Shown piece by piece: positions 38,661 to 50,213 of a stretch of DNA of 64,000 bases. Position numbers and translations under genes: made by a program. The stretch comes from Gnetum montanum (Eukaryota > Plantae > Gnetophyta), in the NCBI GenBank assembly GCA_015680685.1, contig MNCI01002922.1, positions 50,955 through 114,954 on the forward strand, read 5' to 3'. Position 1 is the stretch's first letter; each line of letters opens with the position of its first letter. Under the pieces are notes generated by a model, which was not told the DNA's origin, made no database searches, and saw nothing but the letters and a program-made list of their open reading frames with translations.

Positions 38661-40928
38661 ATCCAACACTATGGTGCATCTTCCTCTTCAAACCCAATGC
38701 CTCATGTTACCTTATTAAGGCCACCACTCAATACTCCAACAACCATGTGTCCCAATGAATATTGTCACATAGGGAGACATGTTGATCCTTGCATACCATC
38801 TTACGATCACAAGTATCATAGTGGGTCAGCTCCTTATAAACTAACCACATCTTATAACTTGCCCAACTATGTCAACTTTAATCAAGTGTGTGAACCCCAA
38901 TGGGGTAAGTATGACTGGGTCCCAATATTTCCAACATGCAAGGATCCTAACCTTCCATTTATTAATTCTAGCCATGCTCAACCATTTAGTTATGGGGGGT
39001 ATCTTCCATTCTAACAATACATAATTAATAAATGTTTTTCTGTTTCTTTAATTTTTCAACTTTTTGTTTTCTATTTTTTCACCTTTTAATTTATTGTTTT
39101 ATCTTTCTGTCTTTTTATCTTTTTATGAGTAATCTCATCTATGAATAAGAGACTCATGTGGCTCGTTGGTTGAGGTGTGTTCTGTGTTATCGAGTCTCGA
39201 GTGATCAATTTTTTGGACAATGAGCCCATTACACCCACTCATCCACTCTACAAATAAGAGGTTTTGTTCGAGGGTACAGTGATATTCTTGACATTCTTAA
39301 AACTTAAAATTAATTTTGTGTTCATTGTACCCAAAATGAAGAAGGATGGACCAAGAGGGAATGATTAGGATGTGACATCAAGGGGACTTGCGAATTCTCT
39401 TTGGTGACATCTGTGGAAGTTATCATGCAACGTGGTTGTCCTAAGATCCGTGTAGATCTAATGAAAAATGGGAGTAAGAGTAATCAAAAGGCACTTAAAA
39501 ATCTAATGTTGTTCTAGGGGGTCCCACTGGAAAGACATGCACCCATGCCTGAAGGTTGGTGGCTTCTTTGGATTCAACGATCGAAAAAAAAAGAATAAAG
39601 AGAAAAAAAAAACAAAGGAAGTGCCACAAAACAAAAATCACTCCTCCCTTGAATAAAACACCAAGTGATCGTATGCCTTGTTGTTATGGTACTCTCATAG
39701 TCGCTCATCATGGGATGAAACAATGCGATGTCACTGATCGGAGAAATGGACTTGGTCCTGATCTTGGAATGACGGGTTAATGACATGTTAATCATGCTTT
39801 ACACGCAAGATTCATTGTGCCATGGGTCAGTTACCTCATGTCCCAATCTCTACAATCCCTTCTATACCCCATCTCATCTTGTTGTCCATATAATTGTAGC
39901 TCGTGTCTCGTATAGTGTAGAATTCTTACCTCATCCCGGTGATATTTACATGTGTGTGTTTTATGGAACTAGTGCAGATTACATTTAACCCTTCGAGTGC
40001 CCATGGACACTTTTAAGTGTGGTTATGCAAGGGCATTAAAGGTTGGAACCTACTTTATGGAGGATCCACTTGTGTAATTTTTGTAATTTGCACTAATGAC
40101 CCATCTTCCACACANCCCACTTGTGTAATTTTTGTAATTTGCACTAATGACCCATCTTCCACACATCATTTATTACCCTTAGCATATTGCCAACAATTTT
40201 CTTTTCCTTATTACTATCCCTCTGATTCAACGTTCCTATGAACCATCACATAGCCTTTTTCTCTACCATCCGAGGTCCTTATTGATAAATTCCACACCAT
40301 CATAATTTTCTTGCCTTCAGAACTAGTTGAATTACCCTGGAACCCTTTCACAATAGTCCAAATGTCCTTAGTTTACATTGTTTAATTTTAAAGAAATATT
40401 AAAAATTCAGTACATTCTCTAAGTGCCCTAACTTCGATGAAAATATATATACATGATCCCCCTGTGCTAATCAACATCATTTGCAATTGTTCATGCAAGG
40501 GAATTTTTTTAAATTCCTCTCTACAACTCGCGATTGTGCGTCCCTTGCTTTCATATTCATAACTCACTCGCTGGTACTTCAATTTTCATTTTGTTTGAAC
40601 CTACTTGAACCTGTGGGGGAGGGGCACACGCCGAATAGCGCATAAATGTTTTGAAATTCATCATCGCCCGAAGGACATATTTAAGGGTAATCAGTTGTTA
40701 AATTAAGAATAAAATGTGTCAAAAATAATTTCATCCCCTTAGCTATACCAGAAAATTAAATTTGGAAACCACCTAAGAAAAAAGGACTCAACATTATAAT
40801 CTTTCGAGAACATGTTCTTCCAATAATTAACATCACATGGAAATAAAGTAAATCTATTCAGGTAAGTAGTAAGATATAACCTAACTTTGGTAACAACCTT
40901 ACTACCAATTGGCCCCGTGTGATTGCAG

Positions 40929-41366
40929 ATGGCCCCGAAACGTGGACAATAGGAAGGTCCTACTCAAGGTGCGATCAAACAACCTAGGAGAGGTGAAGGA
41001 CAAGTTCCTGCCAAACAACATGTAGAGCAAGAGGAACAATCATTTAGTATCCACCAAGAAGACCCTGCTACTGTAAAATCAAGGCAAGCAGAATGAGGAG
41101 CTGTTACAACGCCTGAACAGGGACAATATCTCACGTTGTCCCAGGATTATGTTCAGGCTATCCATGAAAGGTCCACATTCACTGTGGTGATTGTGGAATT
41201 AAATTTTGAACCATTTGCAGAGTTTNNNNNNNNNNNNNNNNNNNNNNNNNNNNNNNNNNNNNNNNNNNNNNNNNNNNNNNNNNNNNNNNNNNNNNNNNNN
41301 NNNNNNNNNNNNNCTGGTACTTACGGGAAACATACCAATTTTGGCACAATAAAGAAGAAGGCACCA
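40929..41366 (+). pseudogene. Accessory 3' ORF of element B (unknown protein), preceded by a 67-nt intron at 40862-40928
   Basis: MAPKRGQ*EGPTQ...FTVVIVELNFEPFAEF in one frame, then WYLRETYQFW after the gap; homologous to 46684-47093 on -. Confidence 0.6.
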
Positions 41367-43799
41367 NNNNNNNNNNNNNNNNNNNNNNNNNNNNNNNNNN
41401 NNNNNNNNNNNNNNNNNNNNNNNNNNNNNNNNNNNNNNNNNNNNNNNNNNNNNNNNNNNNNNNNNNNNNNNNNNNNNNNNNNNNNNNNNNNNNNNNNNNN
41501 NNNNNNNNNNNNNNNNNNNNNNNNNNNNNNNNNNNNNNNNNNNNNNNNNNNNNNNNNNNNNNNNNNNNNNNNNNNNNNNNNNNNNNNNNNNNNNNNNNNN
41601 NNNNNNNNNNNNNNNNNNNNNNNNNNNNNNNNNNNNNNNNNNNNNNNNNNNNNNNNNNNNNNNNNNNNNNNNNNNNNNNNNNNNNNNNNNNNNNNNNNNN
41701 NNNNNNNNNNNNNNNNNNNNNNNNNNNNNNNNNNNNNNNNNNNNNNNNNNNNNNNNNNNNNNNNNNNNNNNNNNNNNNATCTATAAATAAGAGGTAGATA
41801 GTTTTGATAGAGAGTTTTTTAGTTCTTAGTTTAAGTGTTAAGTTTTACGTAGTTCTTCTCTTAACCCTTCTCTTCCAGTGTATGCTTGCAGTGTGATGAT
41901 TGTAATTGTACAGCATCCTTATTCGAGTGTGACATACTTGGACACGCACATGATCTAAAATAAAGATTGAGATTACTTCATCATTGCAGCATTCACTTAG
42001 CTTAATTATTTATTTAATTTTTATTTACTGCTTTCTTAGTTAATATCTCTTCACCCTAAACTCCTGTTAAAAGCGGAATGAGTACGACTTGATTACGAGC
42101 ATTTAAGTGTCACTACTTGGTAACCTAGTAGCGTACCTAGGATCTGCACTTGGTAATCCTAGTGGTAGTCATGCATGAAGTCCAAGATGTGTACGGATGA
42201 TCGAGGAACATATGCTCATCACACTTAGGCTAGCTTAGATTCTCTTTCACTCTCTCCCTCTTAGCTTAGTTAATATCATTTCCCATTGTATTCAAGAGTA
42301 GCAATAGTATAGCAACACATCACACACCTCATTCTGGACTAAACCATACGTGACAAAGTTAACACTAGTGCATATGGGAAGATAGCGAACTGTGACCTAA
42401 GGATAACTATCTTGATACCACAACTAGCCCATCTGCGGAGTTCGACCGAATCGCGCGTGAAACGCTTGTATTCGTATGGTTGAGTGTAGGGGTACCTCAC
42501 CACTCATCAGATAGAAAAACCATGACATCCAAGTCCTTTATGCCAAATATTATTTTCATTTTTTTTTCTGCTTGTTGAGTTAGGCAACGCTTCAATGTTG
42601 CATTGTGCCCTAGATATAAGGTCTTTTTATACATAACCATGTAGTGTTGATCATTTGTAAGTGGGCTCCAAATTTTAATATCTAATTTAAAAAATATATT
42701 AAAGTTCAAGTTTTGTCAAGTTATATAATCTTCTATTTATGTTTCATAAAGCTAAGCAAGAAATTATTAGTTATATTAGTCCCATTAAATATATGAAGTC
42801 TATTTCTACAACTTCTGGTTTTTGTGGACATTTTTATGTTGTAATCAATCTTCTCAACAGTAAAAAGAAATTGGTATTACAAGCAAGAGAAAGACTTGTA
42901 TTCAACTAGTAGCATATTTTAATCTTCCTAATTCTTGAACTTTTACTATCATTGAGGATATTTTCTTAATGCTTCTACTTTTATGTTCAACAAAAAAGAT
43001 TCTGAAGAAAAGGAAAAATATGTTGAAGATGAAAATAGAGAAAAACAAAATGAAGTTGAAGATATGAAAAATCTAGTTAATGTCAATGATAAGAATGATC
43101 AAATGACAATAAAGAATCTAGAGAAAACAAAAGCTCCTATGTATATTATAAAAAATAGTAGTGTATAANGGAAAACAAAAGCTCCTATGTATATTATAAA
43201 AAATAGTAGTGTATAAAAAGTGTTTCATTTTTTTGGTTTCTTTTGAAGTATGATGACCTTGAAAAGTTGAAAGTAGCCCTTAACCTTTTAGCTCTAAGGA
43301 TAAATATAATTAAAAATAATAATTTGTTTTGCATGTCATGGAGATACACCATGTTAAAAAGTAACTTCATGTTTTCATTTAAAAGAAATTGTGTTTATAT
43401 TGATGTTACAAATTTTATGACCTATGGAAATTTTACAAGACGTATTTTGTAACATACTTGGTTTAGTAAGCCTTCTTTATTCTAGGATGAGAGAGAGAGA
43501 GAGATGGAGATAAACTATAAGAAGCATGTATTAGCAAACTATGTACAATACAACCAAGAGGAGCAAACAAATGGTACTATTAGAAACACAACAAAAAAAT
43601 GTATGTGACCAGTTAAACCAAAACCAAGGGCTAATAAACAAAAGTAGAAAGACAAGCCTAGTACCATGAAACCATAAAATCAAAAGACATGGCCTAGATG
43701 GGTAGGTTAAACAAATAGGAAATGACTACATTCACTATATAAAATGCTAGAAGTCACTCAAAGAGATTAAGAACACATGGCTTGAGCATGATGCCAACC

Positions 43800-45060
43800 C
43801 ATGTTTTCAAGGAATACCATGCAAAAACTATCATATAGAACCTAATGTTTTAGATGGAGAAAAATGTTACACAAGTGTTCTACTATAACAAGTTGCATAA
43901 CACTATTAGTACTTATTGTGGGACTATAGTTATCAAGGCCACCAATGAAAGCATTAGATATATATAGCAATGCATTCTAATGTCATTAAGGCCTTCCTAT
44001 TTCACAATTCAAAGCTCCACAAGATTTAAGTTCAAGGCTAATCATTTGGGAATGGAAGTGTCTTGCACTATTAAATTCAGAAAAGTGGTACAGTCCTATC
44101 TTTAGTGGGGAAAGGGAAACTAGGCACAGGGGAAGATGACTTGAGATGAGGAAAGGATTGCAACAATGGACATAAGGGAGGTACAAGATGGTCCACATAA
44201 TGGATACATTTCACATTATAGATAACATTGATAACTTTGATCTACTGAGTAGTCTTCTATACTATATCTATATTGATACGTTGCCTATTCCCAAAAGAAT
44301 TCCATACAAACAAGTCCTACATAGTCTTCCATAAAGGATCACATAAGAAGCAACATTAAGACTAGTTTGATAGTTGCTATTATAAAAAAACTTAGCTAAA
44401 GGTAGCACCTTATCCCAACTTTCTTTATAATCCAATGTACAAGCTCTGAATATATCTAAAATTTGATTCACATTCTATTTAACCATTTAGCTTGAGGATG
44501 AAAAGTTAAACTCAAATTTAACTTAGTACCATTACCTAGAAAGTTTATCAAGACCTAGATGTAAACTTAGTATCTTTGTCTAATATAATTTTTAATAGTA
44601 CATCATGCAAATACACTATCACTAAAAGAAACAACTAAGTCATTTCTTTGACACTAGCAAAAATTTTTATTACTAAGAATGGGTAGACTTAGTTAATAAG
44701 TCAATTACTAAAAGGATATCATCCTTTTCTCTTTGAATCCTTAGTAAACCTATCATGAAATTCATTTCAATAACTTCCCATTTCCATGGGAGCATAAAGA
44801 GAAAGGTATTCTCTAAGCTTCTAATGTTCAACCTTAACTCATTGATAGACAAAACATTTGACTATAAAATTTGCAATATCTTTTTTCATTTTTGTTTACC
44901 AACAAAATCTTTTAATATTGTGATACATCTTATCTCTACCAATATGCATAAGATAGTTACTATGATAAGCTTATGCTCAAATCTATTGACTAAGAGACCC
45001 TTAAACTTTAGCACTTCAATTCAAAGGAAAGTCTTGATTATTATCCTTAAGCTTTGAAAT
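43800..45060 (-). mobile_element. Degenerate Tekay/Del-like Ty3/gypsy integrase remnant
   Basis: NQIL.DIFRACTLDYKESWDKVLPLAKFFYNSNYQTSL..LYGRLCR. Confidence 0.75.
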
Positions 45061-45402
45061 ATTTTTCTAAGGCTTGTTAAGATCTGGAACAACTCACCAA
45101 TGATGGAAATATACAAATGATAACCTAACTAGAGTGGCTATAATGGTTATTATTCTAGCTAAGTGAGTAGTGGACTCAATGGGTGGGGCACTCCATTAGA
45201 GTTCCCCAACAGAGGATAAGGGGATGGGCTAGGACTAAGCATCTTAGTATTTGTATAGCTGGAACTTGGAACTATGAGAGATAATTTCATCCATAAGATA
45301 GATTAGGGTGAACAAATTGTAAAACATTAAAACAATCATACTCAAAGAATTTTTTACAAAATTTCATTTTCTAACAATTTGATTTAGCTATTTGAAGGTA
45401 GG

Positions 45403-48400
45403 TGATCAACGGTGGAGGTACCATTGTGCCCAACCATATGAATCACAAGCATTCACACATGATTTAGTCAAATTCCATGGATGGGACTAGTTGTGGCATC
45501 TAGATCATTAAGCATTCATCGTAGGACGTTATCTTCCCACTTGGACTAGTGGTAGCTTTGTCACGTATGGTTTAGTCGAAAGTGAGGTATATGATAATTG
45601 ATGTTGTTGGGCCCTAATTACTCCTAGTGATAAACATAATTGAGAATGAAATTTAATCCTAAATCTAAGTAATGACAGTGATGTAAATCTACTCTAGCCT
45701 AGAGCAATGAACATTTGGTCCTGGCTTATTGTACATGTCTTAGGCTCATGTAACTGTTACTGGGTCACCAAGTGTTATGCTACTAGGTGAACCAAGCTAT
45801 AATACTACTAAGATTACCAAATGATTATACGTAAACACTCAAAACCAATCATACTCATTCCACTTTACTAATGAACAAAAAAGTAAAGTACTTGGAAATG
45901 TAAATGATTAAACTAAGAAAACAGTAAAAACTAAGTGGATGCTGCAATGATCAAAAGCAATCTCGATCTTTATTTACAAACATGAACTATGCCTAAGTAC
46001 ACTTCACTAAAATAATGATTCCATAGAACTGCTTAACACCACCCTATGGGCATTCACTCTACCACTAAAGCTACGAAATGAAATTGCAAGAATCTACCTA
46101 AGGGTGGAATGGAGTTCTCTGGATCGTGCGTCCACGTGTTGTATTTATAAGTAGACACAGATCTTGTGATATCGTTGATATAATATCACATCTATGACAT
46201 TGTAAATACAATATTGTAGCTGTGATATCATTGGTGTACAGAAAATTAACTTTTTTGCAAATAGATACGTCAAGGCATTTGCCTCGACAAGAGTACATCA
46301 ATGTAGCCAACTGATGCTTCATCATACCCCCATGACTGAGTAAAAACTCATCCTTGAGTTAACAGGATAGGACCAAGCTTTCTTTACAAAACATTAGAAA
46401 TGATGGGATTATTGACTAACACTAACTATTGACCTACTCTGAGTGCTATAGTGGTGTGTACAAAAATGACATAATTACATGACAAAACAAAAATAAAATT
46501 TGAAGTGGCTTGATGTTGTTCATATTTTGGATAGTGTCTTTCATCAGCTTCTTTTCTTTGTCATCAGGTTTTTGGAAAGTTTCTCTTCTTCTATCCTTGT
46601 CTTCTTTTTCCAAATGTCCTCTCTATTGAGTATGGCACAGAGACTTCTTCAAGTTTCATTGTAGCATCGACCTATTTTTTTTGCTAAAATTGGTAGGTTT
46701 CTCCTAAGTTCCATTCAATGTTATTAGTTAGTGTGGGCCATAATGGAGACGCTTGGAGTTGTGTCTTCACTACTTCTGGAGCAAATTCCATAAAGGAACC
46801 AAAATTTAGTTCCACGATAATCGTGAACATGATCAATCTTCTTGGATGGCTTAGAGGCAATTTGGTGATAGCATGAGGCATCGTCCTTGTTTAGGTTGTT
46901 GTGGAATTTCTTCCTCTCCTTGGGTTAAGTGCTTTGTAGCAAGAGTTTCTTGATGAATGTTGGATGATTAAGCCTCCTTCTCTTCGTGTTTTGCTTATGG
47001 GGTTTGTTTCCCCACTTGGCCTCTCCCATGACCTCTTACTCTTTTGCTCTCATGTTGTGAAGGTCCTTCTTCTAGTATCTTCTTTGAGGCCATCTACAAT
47101 CAACAAGGGTTTGAATTTATTAGGGTGTTCATATCAATTATTAATAGTTCTTTACCTTGCTCATACCCTTGGTTATATCAAGTTCTTATCTTATTACAAT
47201 TACAGAGTTAGAAAAATTTTCAAAAAAGGAATCGCTTAGGTGTTATACCTTTTAGTTACTTATGACCTTCTATCATTTTCCTTGCTTATTATGGCTTAAA
47301 ATAGTTGATATGGTCTATTAAGAGTATTATCTAAATCTTTTCTGGCCTTAGTTTGATTGATTAACTTTAAGGTTATTATTATCTCCTTGTATTTACACTT
47401 TATAGTATCTTTTGGTGTTAAGAATTTCTGGCTCAAATTTTCAAATTTTTGCTTATATCACGCAATGCATCCTGCTTCCCCCACGACTAAGTTGAACACT
47501 TCAGGATCAATAGGATTTAAGAATTTTGGAAATTGAAGCTATGAGGATGAAGTTATGGTTTTTGGGAGCTAGTGTGCAAGAGGGCTAAGGAAAAAACTGA
47601 AGGAACTTCTGTTGCTACAAATGAGAGAAATGAAAAATTTCACTAACTCCTGCACTTATATATACTATTTTTATATGCATGACATCATAGATATGACATC
47701 GTAGGTGCCTAGGACATTGTAACTACAACGTCACCATTTAAAAGTTCAAAATTCTCATTGATTTTTGTTGGAAAAAATGAGTCTGATGGAATGTTTGGAA
47801 GATGTAAAACTTATCTAAAGGATCATGGGCCATGAGTGATGCACAGTTTTCAACAATTTAGCATTCAAGATTCATGAAGAAGGAACCTTGAGCAACAAAA
47901 GTTTATAGTATGGATAAGAAATGGATAATGAATTTATGATGTATGGATAGATAATTAGATGAGATGGGAAGTTTATTAGATGTTTTGGAAGGCATAAGAT
48001 GATGTGGAATTGCTCGAAAAGTATGAAAGACAATAGTTATATGAGTGGATCCTCCCCAAAGCAGGCTCCAACCCTTAATGCCCTTATATAACCATGTCTA
48101 AAAGTGTCCTTAGGCACTCAAGGAGTTGAATGTAATGCATACTTGTTTAGGAAAACACACATGTTAGTACCACCAAATTGGGAAATAACTCCATGTTACA
48201 CAAATCCATAAGTTGTGACTATTCAGATAGTGAGATGAGATGGTTTTAGAAGGGATTATAGAAATTGGGATGCGAGGTGTCTTACCATAGGCATAATGAA
48301 TTCTTGTGTTTTATTAGTGGTTAAGGTAATCATTAACCTTTCTGTCCAAGATTCAAACAAAGTCCAAACCACATTCTAGTGACATTGCATTGTTTCATCT

Positions 48401-50213
48401 CTTGGAGTCACAATTGTAAGACTATTAATGTGACAAGGAGTATTGTCACTTGGCATATTGTCCAAGGGAGGAGTTTTATTCATGGCATTTTATTTTTATT
48501 TTTACATTTTTGAGAAGCCACCTACCTTCAGGCATGGGTAACACATCCTTTCAGTGGGATTCCCAAAAATTTATTTTGTGCTCTTTTATTTTTTTTATCT
48601 GTGTCAACCTTTTAAGGTAGCACTTATTTAACTCTTACTCCCATTTTTGTTAGATTTACCAAGATATAATGCAACCTTAGTAACATGATGTAATCTTATA
48701 ATAATAATCCAAAAAGAATTCACAAGTTTCCTTGATGTCACACCCTTTTCATTCTCACTTGGTTCTTCACTTTTCTGTCCAAGCATAATGATCACAATTT
48801 TATTCTTAGTTGTATGATGGAAAAGAATATCATTATGGTCATGGTAAGAACCTCTTATTAATGGAATGGATGGATGGATGATGTGGGCTCACTGTTTAAA
48901 TAATCAATCTCTTATGACTTGATAACATAGAGAAATATTTACCTTATTGGACTACATCTTGCATTTATTCAATGTATCTTATTAGTATTCAAAATTATTT
49001 ACAAAGGATTTAAAACGAAGTATAAAAGAAATGAAAAGATAGTAAGAATTATGAAAAAGTGTAAAAAATGAAAAATGTTAAAAGAATTGAAAAATATTAA
49101 AGAATGCCAAAAATTTTAAGAAATGAAAAGTATAGAGAATAGGAAGAATTGTGTCAAAGAATTAGGAAAAGTAAAAAGAATTGTAAAACAAAAAAAAATG
49201 GAAAAGCACTTAGTAATTCCCGAATCAAGATAAGGCATCTCCTCCATGACTAAACTCATGGGCGAGTGTTTAGAAAATGCTCCCTAAATCCCCTAGATCA
49301 TACACTCTATGTAACAACATTGTCCCTAAATATGTTGTTCAACACCCCAAGAGTTTCCCAAGTAGATTCTGAATCAAGACAAAACTCAAGAGGAATACGC
49401 CTCAGCAATCAATAATCCTAAAGCACATGCTAACAAACAATGTGTTAGCATTAGCATGTCTCCTGAGCGGTGTTTCATATTCAATATCCATGCTATGCTA
49501 ACAAGCTAGATAGTGCTCCCTTGCTCCACTCACGTGGACACCACAGGAACTACCAGATGAACCCTCCAGATTCATCACCGCGTGCTGGTAGTTAGTGTCA
49601 TGCTCCAAGGAGCACATGCAACATCCCATAGCACGTCCCATGACACACCTAGTAAAAACACCCCAACGTAGAGTTGAACTATGCAACCCTCCTAGGCAAG
49701 GTCCAACCGAGTGGGGTAATGAGGTAGGTCGTAGCCTCCTCTTACTAATGCATGGAACTGCCATGCCAGTATGGTTCCGAAGACACAAGGAGAGGAGGAC
49801 CCCTTGTGCCCCCACGACCCCCGAACCATGGTGGAGGTAACAAGACACCACCAACCGTAGTACCTCTCTCACAATCCTCTCTCGCTTAAAATAAATGATG
49901 ACCTCGGAGCATGGCCTAGGTAACCCACGAGGCTACTACATCAAAACCAAGGAAGGATTCTGTCAATTTCGGGGAGCATGCACATGCTATTTTGAGTAAA
50001 TTTTGAAGGGATCTTCGGTTCTAGAAGGTCCAACTACTAGGGCCTAAGGTTGTACAACATTTTTGTTAAACTCGACCATCTTCCTAAGATCCAGACTCAT
50101 CCTAGCATCCAACACCTAAGTCAAGAGCATCACCCCTCAAGACTTGGCCTATCCATCCTTCCATACTTAGCCTGAAATGCCAAGCTATGGGAGGACATCA
50201 AGTGGTCTATCAT
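45403..50213 (-). mobile_element. Athila-like element C (3' LTR 45403-46324 plus 3' internal region), interrupted by the chromovirus
   Basis: LTR is homologous to the B LTR, starts TGATGAAG right after the PPT CATGGGGGTA and ends TGATCA. 48040-48960 is the reverse-complement homologue of 39120-40070. A second PPT lies at about 49240. Confidence 0.8.
46684..47093 (-). pseudogene. Accessory 3' ORF of element C, preceded by a 62-nt intron at 47094-47155
   Basis: MASKKILEEGPSQ..GQV, a frameshift, then FTIIVELNFGSFMEF..WNLGETYQF. Confidence 0.6.

Larger units (their letters stand above)
33638..41778. other. Assembly gaps: 33638-34446, 34984-35770, 41226-41313, 41367-41778
   Basis: N runs. Confidence 1.
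35955..42509 (+). mobile_element. Non-autonomous (gag-only) Athila-like LTR element B; LTRs about 35955-36887 and (gap)41779-42509
   Basis: Direct LTRs roughly 90% identical by eye, ending TCATCA. PBS TGGCACCGTTGTCGGGGA (36889-906) matches the tRNA-Asp complement at 16/18. Gag present, no pol motifs. TSD not clean. Confidence 0.88.

Noticed and set aside
40066-40163. Perfect direct repeat of about 48 bp around a single n
   Set aside because: Typical contig-overlap scaffolding artefact.
43123-43216. Perfect direct repeat of about 46 bp around a single n
   Set aside because: Same artefact.
42520-43450. Possible DNA transposon remnant with an acidic ORF (42983-43168)
   Set aside because: AT-rich, with no convincing motif or TIR/TSD found.
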